Source of the DNA: Octopus sinensis
Taxonomy: Eukaryota
Assembly (NCBI RefSeq): GCF_006345805.1
Contig: NW_021833608.1
Span: forward strand, 1 to 61,530
Direction of reading: 5' to 3'
Length of the DNA stretch: 61,530 nt
The notes beneath the pieces were generated by a model. The model was not told the origin of the DNA, did not search any database, and saw only the letters and a program-made list of their open reading frames with translations. The position numbers and the translations under genes are program-made. This document shows, in pieces, positions 14,765 to 28,103 of the stretch. Position 1 is the first letter of the stretch. Every line of letters begins with the position of its first letter.

Positions 14765-16122
14765 GAGAACACCTGGGGAAGTTTAAGATGTAAGGAAGAA
14801 AATACGGAGCTCCGAAATCTATCCACAAACACCGAAAACAAGGACATCCTATGGAGCCAAATATTTACTAACAAAGAATTGGACTGTATCCGAGTAAGTA
14901 ATACTAATTGAAATTTATTACTATTTTCGAAACGAAATGATGTATTTTGACTCGATATCATCTCCACCTCTAACACAACACATGTAAACATGCGTGGAAC
15001 ATCAAGATCATCCCCGACCTCAAACACCATGTACAAAAGAACTACGAAGTAATTAAATGCCACTGATACTATTCAACCCAAGAATAACAATCGAGCGGTA
15101 CGTACATTAAACTTACAACAAAAAATGCACGAAAAACTACACGTGCGAAATAATGTGACAACAGAAATAAACGGACCGGTACCCTACGAAAATTACGACC
15201 GTCAAAATAATGGGCCGGACGTTGTACCTCATGTCCCGCAAATAAAACCCAAAAGATGTAAATGGACACGTGAGGAATACATTTCTATCTTACACGCATA
15301 CTTCACAGCAATGCTCTACCCAAAAAATGAAAATACAACAACACATACATATAAAATATGGAAGGAAAATAATAGAGATATAGACTTGGATACAGCAATG
15401 AACCCTAATAAATTAGCTAACGTACGAAGATACATTCTCAAAGCCAAAAAAATATCAGAAATAGAAATAGAACATTTAAAAGAAAAAATACACCAGGAAA
15501 ATGTAGATAGAATCCACACAACAATGCCCAATAATATAAACACTGAAACTGTAAAACACGAAGACAAACGCAACATTCCCAACAAACACGATGTAAACAA
15601 CGAAGGGGAGCATAATGATTATGATAATATAAAAAATAAAATAGTCAAAGAACTGAAAACCACAGAGCCCAAAATGGACCACCGACCATACCTCCCAAGA
15701 ATCAAAAGAAATGAAATAACAACACCAATTATAAACAGCATAAACCTAGCCGTCAATGAACTAGCCACTGAAACAAAAAGAAGTGATATCACTGAGCTAA
15801 ATGAATTAATATACGCAGCAGCCACTGCAGCCACAAAAGAAGCTGGATACTCACCCAAACCCGCCCAAACAGGAGTACCACCACCCAAACAAACCCTGTG
15901 GATAAATAACATCCAAAACAAAATAAAAAAATTTAGAAAAGACCTGTCGATTCTTAATGAAATCAGCAAACAATCAACGCTACTGAGCAACAAAAAGAGA
16001 ACGAAAATACTCCGCAAATATAACATTACAGAAAAAGATTTGCCGGAGATAAAAGAAAAGCTGAAGCAAGATATCCTTGCCAAAACACAAAGGATCCGCC
16101 GGTACGAGAAACGCCAACGCTT
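14762..16122 (+). mobile_element. Family B 5' part (5'UTR and N-terminal ORF), 3'-truncated at the polarity switch
   Basis: Collinear with the reverse complement of 54210-55575; ORF 15125-16216 carries KWTREEY..W..NKLANVRRY, the N-terminal domain shared with family A; breaks at ...caacgctt. Confidence 0.9.
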
Positions 16123-16134
16123 ATTATTATTATT

Positions 16135-17386
16135 CAGTAGTTTTATTTTTATTTTTAAAGCGTGCTTTCACTTCACTACCGAGCGCAGCTCTGTGTGCCT
16201 TGGGTATGTGATGTGATTTGTTGTGATGCTCTGATGGTTATTGTGTGGAAAGTGTTCTGCGTAGGATGTGTGCAGTGCCTAGTAGTGCAATTTTCTGTAT
16301 GTTATATGTGTTTGTAAGTCCTGGTGTTTTTGTTATGTATTTGTCTGAATATTTTTTTATCATGCCTAATGCACCTACTATGATAGGAATTGTATCTGTT
16401 TTCAGATTCCACATTCTAGTTACCTCTATTTCCAGGTCTTTGTATTTTGAGAGTTTCTCCATTTCTTTTAGAGACACGTTGTCATCTGCCGGTACTGATA
16501 CATCAATTAGAAAGCATTTTTTTCTTCATGGTCTCTGACAACTATATCTGGTCTGTTGGTCTTAATTTCTCTATCTGTGTGTATCGGCATATCCCAGAGT
16601 ATGGTTGCTTTCTCGTTTTCTGTGACCTTTTCTGGTGTGTGCCTATACCATCTTTTTTCTGTTGTTATTCCATAATGTTGGCATAGCATCCAATGTATGT
16701 AAGTTCCAACTCTGTCATGTCTGTGAATATATTCCTTCTTAGCCAGGACTGGGCAGCTAGAGATAATATGATTTATTGTTTCTTGTCCATCTCCACATAT
16801 TCTGCAGTTACTTGTAATATTTCTTTTCATTACATGTTTTTGGTAATTTCTGGTGGGGAGGCTTTGGTCTTGTGCTGCAATTAAAAATCCCTCTGTTTCT
16901 GCTTTGAGTCCTGAGCGTCTCAACCATTGCTGGGATTTTTCTTTGTCTATTTCTTTTGCGTTTAGTTTAGTCCAGTATTTACCATGAAGGGGCTTTTCTT
17001 GCCATCGTTTTATCATGGTTCGTTGCTGTTCTATTTTTAGTTTGAATTTCATTTTTTTTATAGCTTTTGTTGTTTCTTCATCTTCTTCTTCTTCTTCATG
17101 TTTTTTAGGTGGTATGATTTCTTGTTTGTATTTGTCAGCTTCCTTAAATACTGAGAACAGTTCTTTGTTTTGCTCGTGTTTTTCCGCTATCTGGATCAGT
17201 TTTCCTTCCTTCTGAAGTAGATATTTTTGCAGTCCTATGGTGGTTATTTTATAGTAGTTTTCCAGCTGTATAAGGCCTCTACCACCTTCTATACGTTGTA
17301 TATATAGTCTTTCTATGTCAGATTTTGGGTGATGCATCCTAGATCCTGTCATTATTTTTCTTGTTTTCCTGTCTATTTTGGTCAGT

Positions 17387-17391
<5 letters not shown>
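16135..17391 (-). mobile_element. Family B copy, 5'-truncated (~1.25 kb)
   Basis: ORFs 16507-17352 and 16238-16477 (CCHC, RLE); 3'UTR; short (TAA)4 tail at 16121-16134. Confidence 0.92.
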
Positions 17392-17480
<89 letters not shown>

Positions 17481-17611
17481 CATTATTATTATTATTATCA
17501 TTAACATTATCATTATCATTACCATTATCATTATTATTATTATTATTAATTATTTATATTATTATTATTATTATTATTATCATTATTATTATTATTATCA
17601 TTAAGATTATC

Positions 17612-17649
<38 letters not shown>

Positions 17650-17756
17650 GATTATTATTGTTATTATTAATATTACCATTTTTATTGTTATTATTATTAT
17701 TATTATTATTAATAGTAGTAGTAGTAGTAGTAGTAGTAGCATTATCATTATCACAG

Positions 17757-17794
<38 letters not shown>

Positions 17795-17882
17795 TTTATT
17801 ATCATTATCAATATCATTATCATTATTATTATTATTATTCTTATTCTTCTTCTTATTATTATTAATATGATCATTATTAATC

Positions 17883-17938
<56 letters not shown>

Positions 17939-18016
17939 ATTATTATTATTATCATAATCATGATTATTATCATTATCGTTATCATTATCATTATCATCAT
18001 CATCATCATCATTATT
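17392..18016 (+). repeat. Degenerate (ATT)n/(ATC)n/(AGT)n field
   Basis: Direct inspection. Confidence 0.95.
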
Positions 18017-18193
18017 AAGATGGCCGAATCGTTAGCACGCTGGACCAAGTGATGAGCTGCAACTGCATTTCCCCCGTCTGTACCTTTTGAATTCAAATTC
18101 TTGTTCGAATGAAATGAGTATCTGTGGAGCATTGGGGTCGATATGATCTAATTGCCCTTCGACACAATTTTAGGCCTTGTGCCTAGAGTACAA
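18017..18193 (+). mobile_element. tRNA-derived SINE family S (ATT-tailed), head partly deleted
   Basis: aagatgg..gaatcgttagcacgctgg..gaattcaaattc (A/B-box-like)..ggccttgtgcctagagtacaa(att)n; six further homologous copies in the window. Confidence 0.8.
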
Positions 18194-18223
18194 ATTATTA
18201 TTATTATTATTATTATTATTATC

Positions 18224-18261
<38 letters not shown>

Positions 18262-18275
18262 CATTATTATTATTA

Positions 18276-18832
18276 CTTTTTCTTTCTTCTTTCAAATTTG
18301 CTTCCATTTCTTGCCGAGTGTCTTCCCGACTCCTAGGGCAAAGAAACTCATAGTATACATTGGTAAGCCATTAAACCAAACTCAATAGTTCGTTTATTTA
18401 TTTATTTATTTATTATTTTTTTCTTTTAAATTAAAATACATGAGCAGCAACAGTTCTCACATCGACAATGCTCTTCTTAATACGTGTGATGTACCAGTTC
18501 AGACAATCTTTTGCACTTCTTGCAGGGATGGTAAGACAGGGATCATTCTCATATAATTTTCGGTTCCCTACTTGATCATTCCTAGCGCTCCTACGATCAC
18601 TGGTATTGTGACCGCCTTGAGATGCAACATTTTCTCAATTTCAATGAGTAGGTCTTTATATTTTCTGAGCTTGTCAAACTCTTTCGCTGAGATATTATGA
18701 TCACAGGGGATGCTCATGTCGATCAATAAGCAAACTTTATTGTTTTGGTCTTTCACAACAATATCTGGTTTATTGGCCTTGATGGTTCGGTCTCTATGTA
18801 CTGGAAAGACCCACAGAATGGTTACATTTCTT
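18276..18832 (-). mobile_element. R4/Dong-type family C, 5'-truncated 3' fragment
   Basis: Translates to TILW..RDRTIKANKPDIVVKDQNNKVCLLIDMSIPCDHNISAKEFDKLRKYKDL (RLE), with its own 3'UTR and (AAT)n tail. Confidence 0.85.
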
Positions 18833-18836
18833 ATTA

Positions 18837-18884
<48 letters not shown>

Positions 18885-18986
18885 GATTATTATTATTATT
18901 ATGATTATTATTATTTTTATGATTAATATTATTGTTATTATTATTAATATTTTTGTTATTGTCATTATCATTATTATTACTATTTC

Positions 18987-19020
<34 letters not shown>

Positions 19021-19080
19021 TTTAATAACATTATTATTATCATTATCATTATTATTACTATTTTTATTATTAACATAATA

Positions 19081-19117
<37 letters not shown>

Positions 19118-19171
19118 ACATTACCACTATTATTATTATTAGTATTATTATGATTATTATTATTATTTTTA

Positions 19172-19233
<62 letters not shown>

Positions 19234-19260
19234 GTTATTATTATTATTATTATTATTATG

Positions 19261-19302
<42 letters not shown>
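18833..19302 (+). repeat. Degenerate (ATT)n field
   Basis: Direct inspection. Confidence 0.95.
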
Positions 19303-19305
<3 letters not shown>

Positions 19306-21371
19306 TAGTTTTATTTTTATAGCGTGCTTTCATTTCACTACCGAGCGCAGCTCTGTGTGCCCTAGGTATGTGCTGTGATTTGTTGTGATGCTCTGATGGT
19401 TATTGTATGGAAAGTGTTCTGCGTGGCATGTGTGCAGTGCCTAGTAGTGCAATTTTCTGTATGTTATATGTGTTTGTAAGTCCTTTTTTTGTTATGTATT
19501 TTTATGAATAATTTTTATCATGCCTAATGCACCTACAATGATAGGAATTGTTTCTGTTTTTAGTTTCCACATTCTGGTTACCTCTATTTCCAGGTCTTTG
19601 TATTTTAAAAGTTTCTCCATTTCTTTAGAGACACGTTGTCATCTGCCGGTATTCATACATTAATTAGAAAGCATTTTTTTCTTCATGATCTCTGACAACT
19701 ATATCTGGTCTGTTGGCCTTAATTTCTCTGTTTGTGTGTATCGGCATATGCCAGAGTATGGTTGCTTTCTCGTTTTCTGTTACCTTTTCTGGTGTGTGCC
19801 TATACCATCTTTTTTCTGTTGTTATTCCATAATGTTGGCATAGCTTCCAATGTATGTAGGTTCCTTCTCAGCCATGACTTATTGTTTCTTGTCCATCTCC
19901 ACATATTCTGCAGTTACTTGTTATATTTCTCTTCATTACATGTTTTTGGTAATTTCTTGTGGGGAGGCTTTGGTCTTGTGCTGCAATTAAAAATCCCATT
20001 GTCTTTGCTTTGTCCTGAGCTTCTCAACCATTGCTTGGACTTATCTTTGTCTATTTCTTTTGCGATTAGTTTAGTCCAGTATTTACCAGGAAGGGGCTTT
20101 TCTTGCCATCGCTTTATCATGGTATGTTGCTGTTCTATTTGTAGTTTGGATTTCATTTGTTTTATAGCTTTTGTTGTTTCTTCATTTTCTTCTTTTTCTT
20201 CTTCATATTTATTAGGTGGTATGATTTCTTGTTTGTATTTGTCAGCTTCCTTAAATACTGAGAACAGTTTTTTGTTTTGCTCGTGTTTTGCCGCTATTTT
20301 ATCAGTTTTCCTTCCTTCTGAAGTAGATATCTTTGCAGTCCTATGGTGGTTATTTTATAGTAGTTTTCCAGCTGTATAAGGCCTCTACCACCTTCTATAC
20401 GTTGTATATATAGTCTTTCTATGTCAGATTTTGGGTGATGCATCCTAGATCCTGTCATTATTTTTCTTGTTTTCCTATCTATTTTGTCAGTTCATTTAGT
20501 GTCCAGTTAAGGATATTGTAGCTGTAACTTAAGGATATTGTAGCTGTAATGGATTCCTAAGTATTTGTAAGTTTGGCTTTGGTTTAATTCTTTTATTTCA
20601 TTGGTTTTTATCTAGTGTGATGTTGCTACTCTTAACTAGTTTTCCTCTTTTCATGGTTACTTTGGCGCATTTTTCTAATCCAAATTTCATATCTATTTCT
20701 TTGGTAAATCCATGAACTGAATTTAATAGTGTTTCCAGCTGTTTGTCATTTGCAGCGTATAGTTTTTGGTCATCCATATATAAAAGGTGGCTGATCGCTT
20801 TGCCGTAACATTTATATCCGCATCCAGTTCTATTTAGCATATCAGATAGAGGTGACAGTGCCAAGCAGAAAAGGAATGGAGAGAGCGTGTCTCCCTGGAA
20901 TATTCCTCTTCTAATGGGGATGGCTTTGGTTTTCATGAGTCCCTCTTTTGTTTGGAGCTGTAGCACTGTTTGCCATTTATTCATAGAGTGCTCTATGAAT
21001 TTTATGATTGTTGGTGCTACTTTGTTAATGGCTAGTGTTTCGAGGTTCCATATGTGGGGGATACTATCAAACGCCTTTTTGTAGTCGATCCAGGCCATAC
21101 TGAGGCCTTTCTTCTTTCTGTGGCTGTCTTCAGTTACGGCTTTATTAACCATTAGTTGATCTTTACAGCCATATGAGCACTTGCGGCATCCTTTCTGCTC
21201 TTCTGGGAACAGTTTGTTTTCGTCCAGGTGCTTGTTCAACATTTGCGATATCACTGCAGTAAATGCCTTGTACAATGCAGGGAGATAGGATATTGGTCTG
21301 TAGTTTTCTGGATTTGCTGTCTCATTTGAATTGAGAATTAAGATGGTTTTCCCCTTCGTGAGCCATTCAGG
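19303..21371 (-). mobile_element. Family B copy, 5'-truncated, more diverged, with internal deletion
   Basis: RT fragment 20598-21275 (GIFQGDTLSP, YMDD) plus C-terminal fragments and 3'UTR; ~140-bp deletion at ~20530 relative to the 51609-55601 copy. Confidence 0.9.
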
Positions 21372-21406
21372 AATTATAAATATTGTTATTATTATTATTA
21401 TTATTA

Positions 21407-21454
<48 letters not shown>

Positions 21455-21459
21455 CATCA

Positions 21460-21524
<65 letters not shown>

Positions 21525-21525
<1 letters not shown>

Positions 21526-22755
21526 TATGTTTGACTTTTGCTTTATATTTGTACAAGTTGGCTCCAAGTCTCACCCAGAGACCTCAAGAGACAACAGGTT
21601 GGAAGTTCATGTTGTTCTTATGCCTAGTGTGACATATATTGGGGGGGGGGAGTTATTGGTGTTGTACTAACGAATGTCTAAAAAAAATCTTTTTTTTCTT
21701 TTTAAAACCGGTAATTATGTTTGTATAAACCTTAAGATTACATAGAGAGTATTTTGCGTAGGGTATGAGCAGTTCCCATGAGCACTATCTTTTGAATTTC
21801 TGCCATTTTTGGATTTCCTGGTATCTGAGTTAGGTAGCTATCAGCCCCTTTTGCTATCATTCCCAGCGCACCTATGACAACAGGTATTGTTTTAGTCTTC
21901 AGCTTCCACATTTTGCTGATTTCTATTTCAAGATCTTTATATTTGCTCAGTTTTTGGTAGGTCTTGACAGATACGTTTATATCGATTGGGACTGTCATAT
22001 CAATGAGGAGGTATGTTCTTTGTTTGAAGTCTTTCAATATGATGTCTGGCATATTTGCATCTATCTTCCTTTCAGTTTGAATGGTGAAGTTCCAGAGGAG
22101 TGAGATGTGGTCATTTTGAAGCACTGGGGGTGGTTTGTGTTCCCACCAGTTTTTTTCATGGGCCAAATCCAGGTTTTTACAGATTACCCAGTGAATATAT
22201 TGTGCAGCTCTATCGTGCCTGTTCAGATATTCTGTAGGCGCTAGAAGACTGCACTTGGTGACCACATGGTCAATGGTTTCATTTTGTTGTCGGCATACAC
22301 GACACGTTGGACTGCTTCTGATCTTTAATATGTTGGCTGGTAGTTTCTTGTTGGTAGCCATTGATCTTGAGCTGCTATGTTAAACCCCTCTGTTTCAGAT
22401 TTTAAGCCAGAGGCCATTAGCCATTGATGGATCAGGGCTTTGTCAACATCTGCATTATTTGCTCTCTTTGGGTATTTGCCATAGAGAGGTTTTTCTTGCC
22501 ATTTATCATTCAGAATATCGAAGGCCGCAGATTTAGCACGGGTTTTCATGCGCTTAGCTTTTTCTGTGCCTGTTTCTTGTATGTCTATCTCTAATTCCGA
22601 AATTTGTTATATTCGGAATTCACTTAGATATTCCTTTGCCTGTTTTGTGACTGAGTATGATGCTTTCTTGTTTTCATGTTTTGAGACAAGTTTTAACATC
22701 CAGTCCTCAGAGTTTTTCAGGTGTCTAGGCCAATTGTAGCAATCTTCATTGTTAT
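21525..22755 (-). mobile_element. Family A copy (3'UTR type A1), 5'-truncated
   Basis: ORFs 22325-22549 and 21738-22361; 3'UTR; flanked by (ATT)n. Confidence 0.92.
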
Positions 22756-22777
22756 TATTATTATTATTATTATTATT

Positions 22778-24030
22778 CTATGTTTGACTCTTGCTTTATG
22801 TCTGTACAAGTTGGCTCCAAGTCTCACCCAGAGACCTCAAGAGACAACAGGTTGGAAGTTCCGTGCCGTATATTTGGGGTTTTTTTGGTGTTGTCCTAGT
22901 GAATGTCTAATACATAAAAATAAAATTTTTAAAAAATAAAAATAAAAAAAATAAAATAGAATAAAATAAATAAATAAATAAATTTAAAAAAAGTTTGTTT
23001 TAAACCTTGGGATTACATAGAGAGTATTTTGCGTAGGATATGAGCAGTTCCCATGAGCACTATCTTTTGAATTTCTGCCAATTTGTGGTTTCCTGGTATC
23101 TGAGTTAGGTAGCAATTAGTCCCTTTCGCTATCATTCCCAGGGCACCTATGACAACAGGTATTGTTTTAGTCTTCAGCTTCCACATTTTGCTGATTTCTA
23201 TATCAAGATCTTTATATTTGCTCAGTTTTTGGTAGGTCTTGACAGATACGTTTATATCGATTAGGACAGTCATATCAATGAGGAGGCATGTTCTTTGTTT
23301 GAAGTCTTTCAATATGATGTCTGGCCTATTTGCATCTATCTTCCTGTCAGTTTGAATGGTGAAGTTCCAAAGGAGTGAGATGTGGTCATTTTCAAGCACT
23401 GGAGGTGGATTGTGTTCCCACCAGTTTTTTTCATGGGCCAAATCCAGGTTTTTACAGATTACCCAGTGAATATATTGTGCAGCTCTATCGTGCCTGTTCA
23501 GATATTCTGTAGGCGCTAGAAGACTGCACTTGGTGACCACATGGTCAATGGTTTCATTTTGTTGTCGGCATACACGACACGTTGGACTGCTTCTGATCTT
23601 TAATATGTTGGCTGGTAGTTTCTTGTTGGTAGCCATTGATCTTGAGCTGCTATGTTAAACCCCTCTGTTTCAGATTTTAAGCCAGAGGCCATTAGCCATT
23701 GATGGATCAGGGCTTTGTCAACATCTGCATTATTTGCTCTCTTTGGGTATTTGCCATAGAGAGGTTTTTCTTGCCATTTATCATTCAGAATATCGAAGGC
23801 CGCAGATTTAGCACGGGTTTTCATGCGCTTAGCTTTTTCTGTGCCTGTTTCTTGTATGTCTATCTCTAATTCCGAAATTTGTTATATTCGGAATTCACTT
23901 AGATATTCCTTTGCCTGTTTTGTGACTGAGTATGATGCTTTCTTGTTTTCATGTTTTGAGACAAGTTTTAACATCCAGTCCTCAGAGTTTTCAGGTGTCT
24001 AGGCCAATTGTAGCAATCTTCATTGTTATT
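22778..24030 (-). mobile_element. Family A recombinant copy (3' half like 24052-26305, 5' half like 21525-22755)
   Basis: Diagnostic SNPs switch between 23409 and 23438; same 5' truncation point as the 21525 copy. Confidence 0.88.
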
Positions 24031-24051
24031 ATTATTATTATTATTATTATT

Positions 24052-26301
24052 CTATGTTTGACTCTTGCTTTATGTCTGTACAAGTTGGCTCCAAGTCTCA
24101 CCCAGAGACCTCAAGAGACAACAGGTTGGAAGTTCCGTGCCGTATATTTGGGGTTTTTTTGGTGTTGTCCTAGTGAATGTCTAATACATAAAAATAAAAT
24201 TTTTAAAAAATAAAAATAAAAAAATAAAATAGAATAAAATAAATAAATAAATAAATTTTAAAAAAGTTTGTTTTAAACCTTGGGATTACATAGAGAGTAT
24301 TTTGCGTAGGATATGAGCAGTTCCCATGAGCACTATCTTTTGAATTTCTGCCAATTTGTGGTTTCCTGGTATCTGAGTTAGGTAGCAATTAGTCCCTTTC
24401 GCTATCATTCCCAGGGCACCTATGACAACAGGTATTGTTTTAGTCTTCAGCTTCCACATTTTGCTGATTTCTATATCAAGATCTTTATATTTGCTCAGTT
24501 TTTGGTAGGTCTTGACAGATACGTTTATATCGATTAGGACAGTCATATCAATGAGGAGGCATGTTCTTTGTTTGAAGTCTTTCAATATGATGTCTGGCCT
24601 ATTTGCATCTATCTTCCTGTCAGTTTGAATGGTGAAGTTCCAAAGGAGTGAGATGTGGTCATTTTCAAGCACTGGAGGTGGATTGTGTTCCCACCAGTTT
24701 TTTTCATGGGTCAAATCCAGGTTTTTGCAGATTACCCAGTGAATATATTGTGCAGCTCTATCATGCCTGTTGAAGTACTCTGTAGGTGCTAGAAGACTGC
24801 ATTTGGAGACAACATGATCAATGGTTTCATTTTGTTGTCGGCATACACGGCATGTTGGGCTACAGCCGTTCTTTAATATGTTGGCTGGTAGTTTCTTGTT
24901 GGTAGGCATTGATCTTGAGCTGCTATGATAAACCCCTATGTTTCAGATTTTAAGCCAGAGGCCATTAGCCATTGATGGGTCAGGGCTTTGTCAATATCTA
25001 CATTATTCGCTCTCTTTGGGTATTTGCCATAGAGAGGTTTTTCTTGCCATTTATCATTCAGAATATAGAAGGCCGCAGTTTTGGCACGGGTTTTCATGCG
25101 CTTAGCTTTTTCTGTGCTTGTTTCTTGTATATCTATCTCTAATTCCGAAATTGGTTGTATTCGGAATTCACTTAGATATTCCTTTGCCTGTTTTGTTACT
25201 GAGTATGATGCTTTCTTGTTTTCATGTTTTGAGACAAGTTTTAACATCCAGTCCTCAGTGTTTTTCAGGTAGGTGTCTAGGCCAATTGTAGCAATCTTCA
25301 TTCTTATTGCCAGTTGTAAAAGACCACGGCCTCCCTCTTTTCTTGGCAGATAGAGTCGTTCTGTATCTGCCTTAGGGTGGTGCATTCTATGGATTGTCAA
25401 CAGTTTCCTTATTTTTCTGTCGAGCTGACATTTTTCAGTAATTGACCAGTTAACAATATTGAAACTCTAAGTCACGACTGGTATAGCTAATGCATTGATC
25501 GCTTCGATCCTGTTTCTTGCATTCAGCTCTGTCTTGAGTATTGCTCTCACTCTTCGATAGCATTCTCTCCTGATCCTTTCCTTCATCTCTGAATGCCTTA
25601 TTCCGTTCCCTTCAATTACCCCTAGGTACTTGTAGCTCTCCGCTGGGTCTAGTTCTTTTATGACATTCTGCTTGTCAAGGTTAACGTTAGATGTTTCTGT
25701 CATTTTTCCTTTGATAAAGGTAGCTTTTGCACATTTACCGAGGCCGAATTGCATTCTGATGTCGTCACTGAATTGTTTGACTATCGCTAGTAAGCCCTTG
25801 AGTTGTTGGTCATTTTTTGCAAAAAGCTTTAAATCATCCATGTAAATGAGATGATTTATATTTTTATCGAACATTTTATACCCATACTGCGCATCATTGA
25901 GCAGCTTTGAAAGAGGTAAGGATAAACAAAAGAGGAGTGGTGACAGTGAGTCACCCTGGAACATGCCACACGAAATTTTTACATCACCAGCATTTAGGGA
26001 TTCATTGTCACTGTTCAGAGTTAGTGTGGTTCTCCATGATCTCATACTTACAGTCAAGAAGTTTCGCAGAGTTGGTGCTATCTTATACATTTCCAGGCAT
26101 TTCCTAAACCAGCTATGTGGTAGGCTATCAAAAGCCTTTTTAGAGTCTATCCAGGCTATTGATAAGTTTTTGTGTGGTTTGTGACAATCTTCTAAGATCA
26201 TCTTATTGATGAGTAGTTGGTCTTTACAGTCGTAGGATCCACGTTTACATCCTTTCTGTTCATTATGGAATATGCTGTTGTCTGTTAAAAAACTATAGGT
26301 A

Positions 26302-26305
<4 letters not shown>
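24052..26305 (-). mobile_element. Family A copy (3'UTR type A2), 5'-truncated within RT
   Basis: ORFs 25467-26201, 24936-25400, 24286-24909. Confidence 0.92.
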
Positions 26306-26570
<265 letters not shown>

Positions 26571-28036
26571 CTATGTTTGACTTTTGCTTTATATTTGTAC
26601 AAGTTGGCTCCAAGTCTCACCCAGAGACCTCAAGAGACAACAGGGTTGGAAGTTCATGTTATACTCAGTAACAAAACAGGCAAAGGAATATCTAAGTGAA
26701 TTCCGAATACAACAAATTTCGGAATTAGAGATAGACATACAAGAAACAGGCACAGAAAAAGCTAAGCGCATGAAAACCCGTGCTAAATCTGCGGCCTTAG
26801 ATATTCTGAATGATAAATGGAAAGAAAAACCTCTCTAAGGCAAATACCCAAAGAGAGCAAATAATGCAGATGTTGACAAAGCCCTGACCCATCAATGGCT
26901 AATGGCCTCTGGCTTAAAATCTGAAACAGAGGGGTTTATCATAGCAGCTCAAGATCAATGCCTACCAACAAGAAACTACCAGGCCAACATATTAAGATCA
27001 GAAGCAGTCCAACGTGTCGTGTATGCAAGCAACAAAATGAAACCATTGACCATGTGGTCTCCAAGTGCAGTCTTCTAGCGCCTACAGAGTATCTCAACAG
27101 GCACGATAGAGCTGCACAATATATTCGCTGGGTAATCTGTAAAAACCTGGATTTGCCCCATGAAAAAAACTGGTGGGAACACAAACCACCCCCAGTGCTT
27201 GAAAATGACCACATCTCACTCCTCTGGAACTTCGCCATTCAAACTGACAGAAAGATAGATGCAAATAGGCCAGACATCATATTGAAAGACTTCAAACAAA
27301 GAACATGCCTCCTCATTGATATGACTGTCCCAATCGATATAAACGTATCTGTCAAGACCTACCAAAAACTGAGCAAATATAAAGATCTTGAAATAGAAAT
27401 CAGCAAAATGTGGAAGCTGAAGACTAAAACAATACCTGTTGTCATAGGTGCCCTGAGAATGATAGCAAAAGGGGCAGATAGCTACCTAACTCAGATACCA
27501 GGAAACCCAAAAATGGCAGAAATTCAAAAGATAGTGCTCATGGGAACTGCTCATATCCTACGCAAAATACTTTCTATGTAATCTCAAGGTTTAAAACAAA
27601 CATAATTTTCGGTTTAAAAAAAAAAAAAAAAAATATTATTATTATATTATTATTATTATTATATTATTATTATTATTATATTATTATCATTATTATATTA
27701 TTATTATTATTATTATCATTATTATCATTATTATTATTATCATTATTATTATATCATTATTATCATTATTATTATTATTATATTATTATTATTATTATTA
27801 TTATCATTATTATTATTATTATTATTCAGTAGTTTTATTTTTATAGCGTGCTTTCACATCACTACCGAGCGCAGTTCTGTGTTCCTTGGGTATGTGCTGT
27901 GATTGTTGTGATGCTCTGATGGTTATTGTATGGAAAGTGTTCTGCGTAGGATGTGTGCAGTGCCTAGTAGTGCAATTTTCTGTATGTTATATGTGTTTGT
28001 AAGTCCTGGTGATTTTGTTATGTATTTGTCTGAATA

Positions 28037-28103
<67 letters not shown>

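Noticed and set aside
4802-14911. Long ORFs of poly-Ile/Asn/Leu/Tyr/Met (also throughout 17329-19308, 34429-35227, 37298-39202, 49468-51690, 55550-56360)
   Set aside because: They are translations of (AAT)n/(ATT)n frames that lack stops; no domain content.
14894-15010. Intron in the family B 5'UTR
   Set aside because: GTAAGT is present, but there is no AG or pyrimidine tract before the ORF ATG in either copy.
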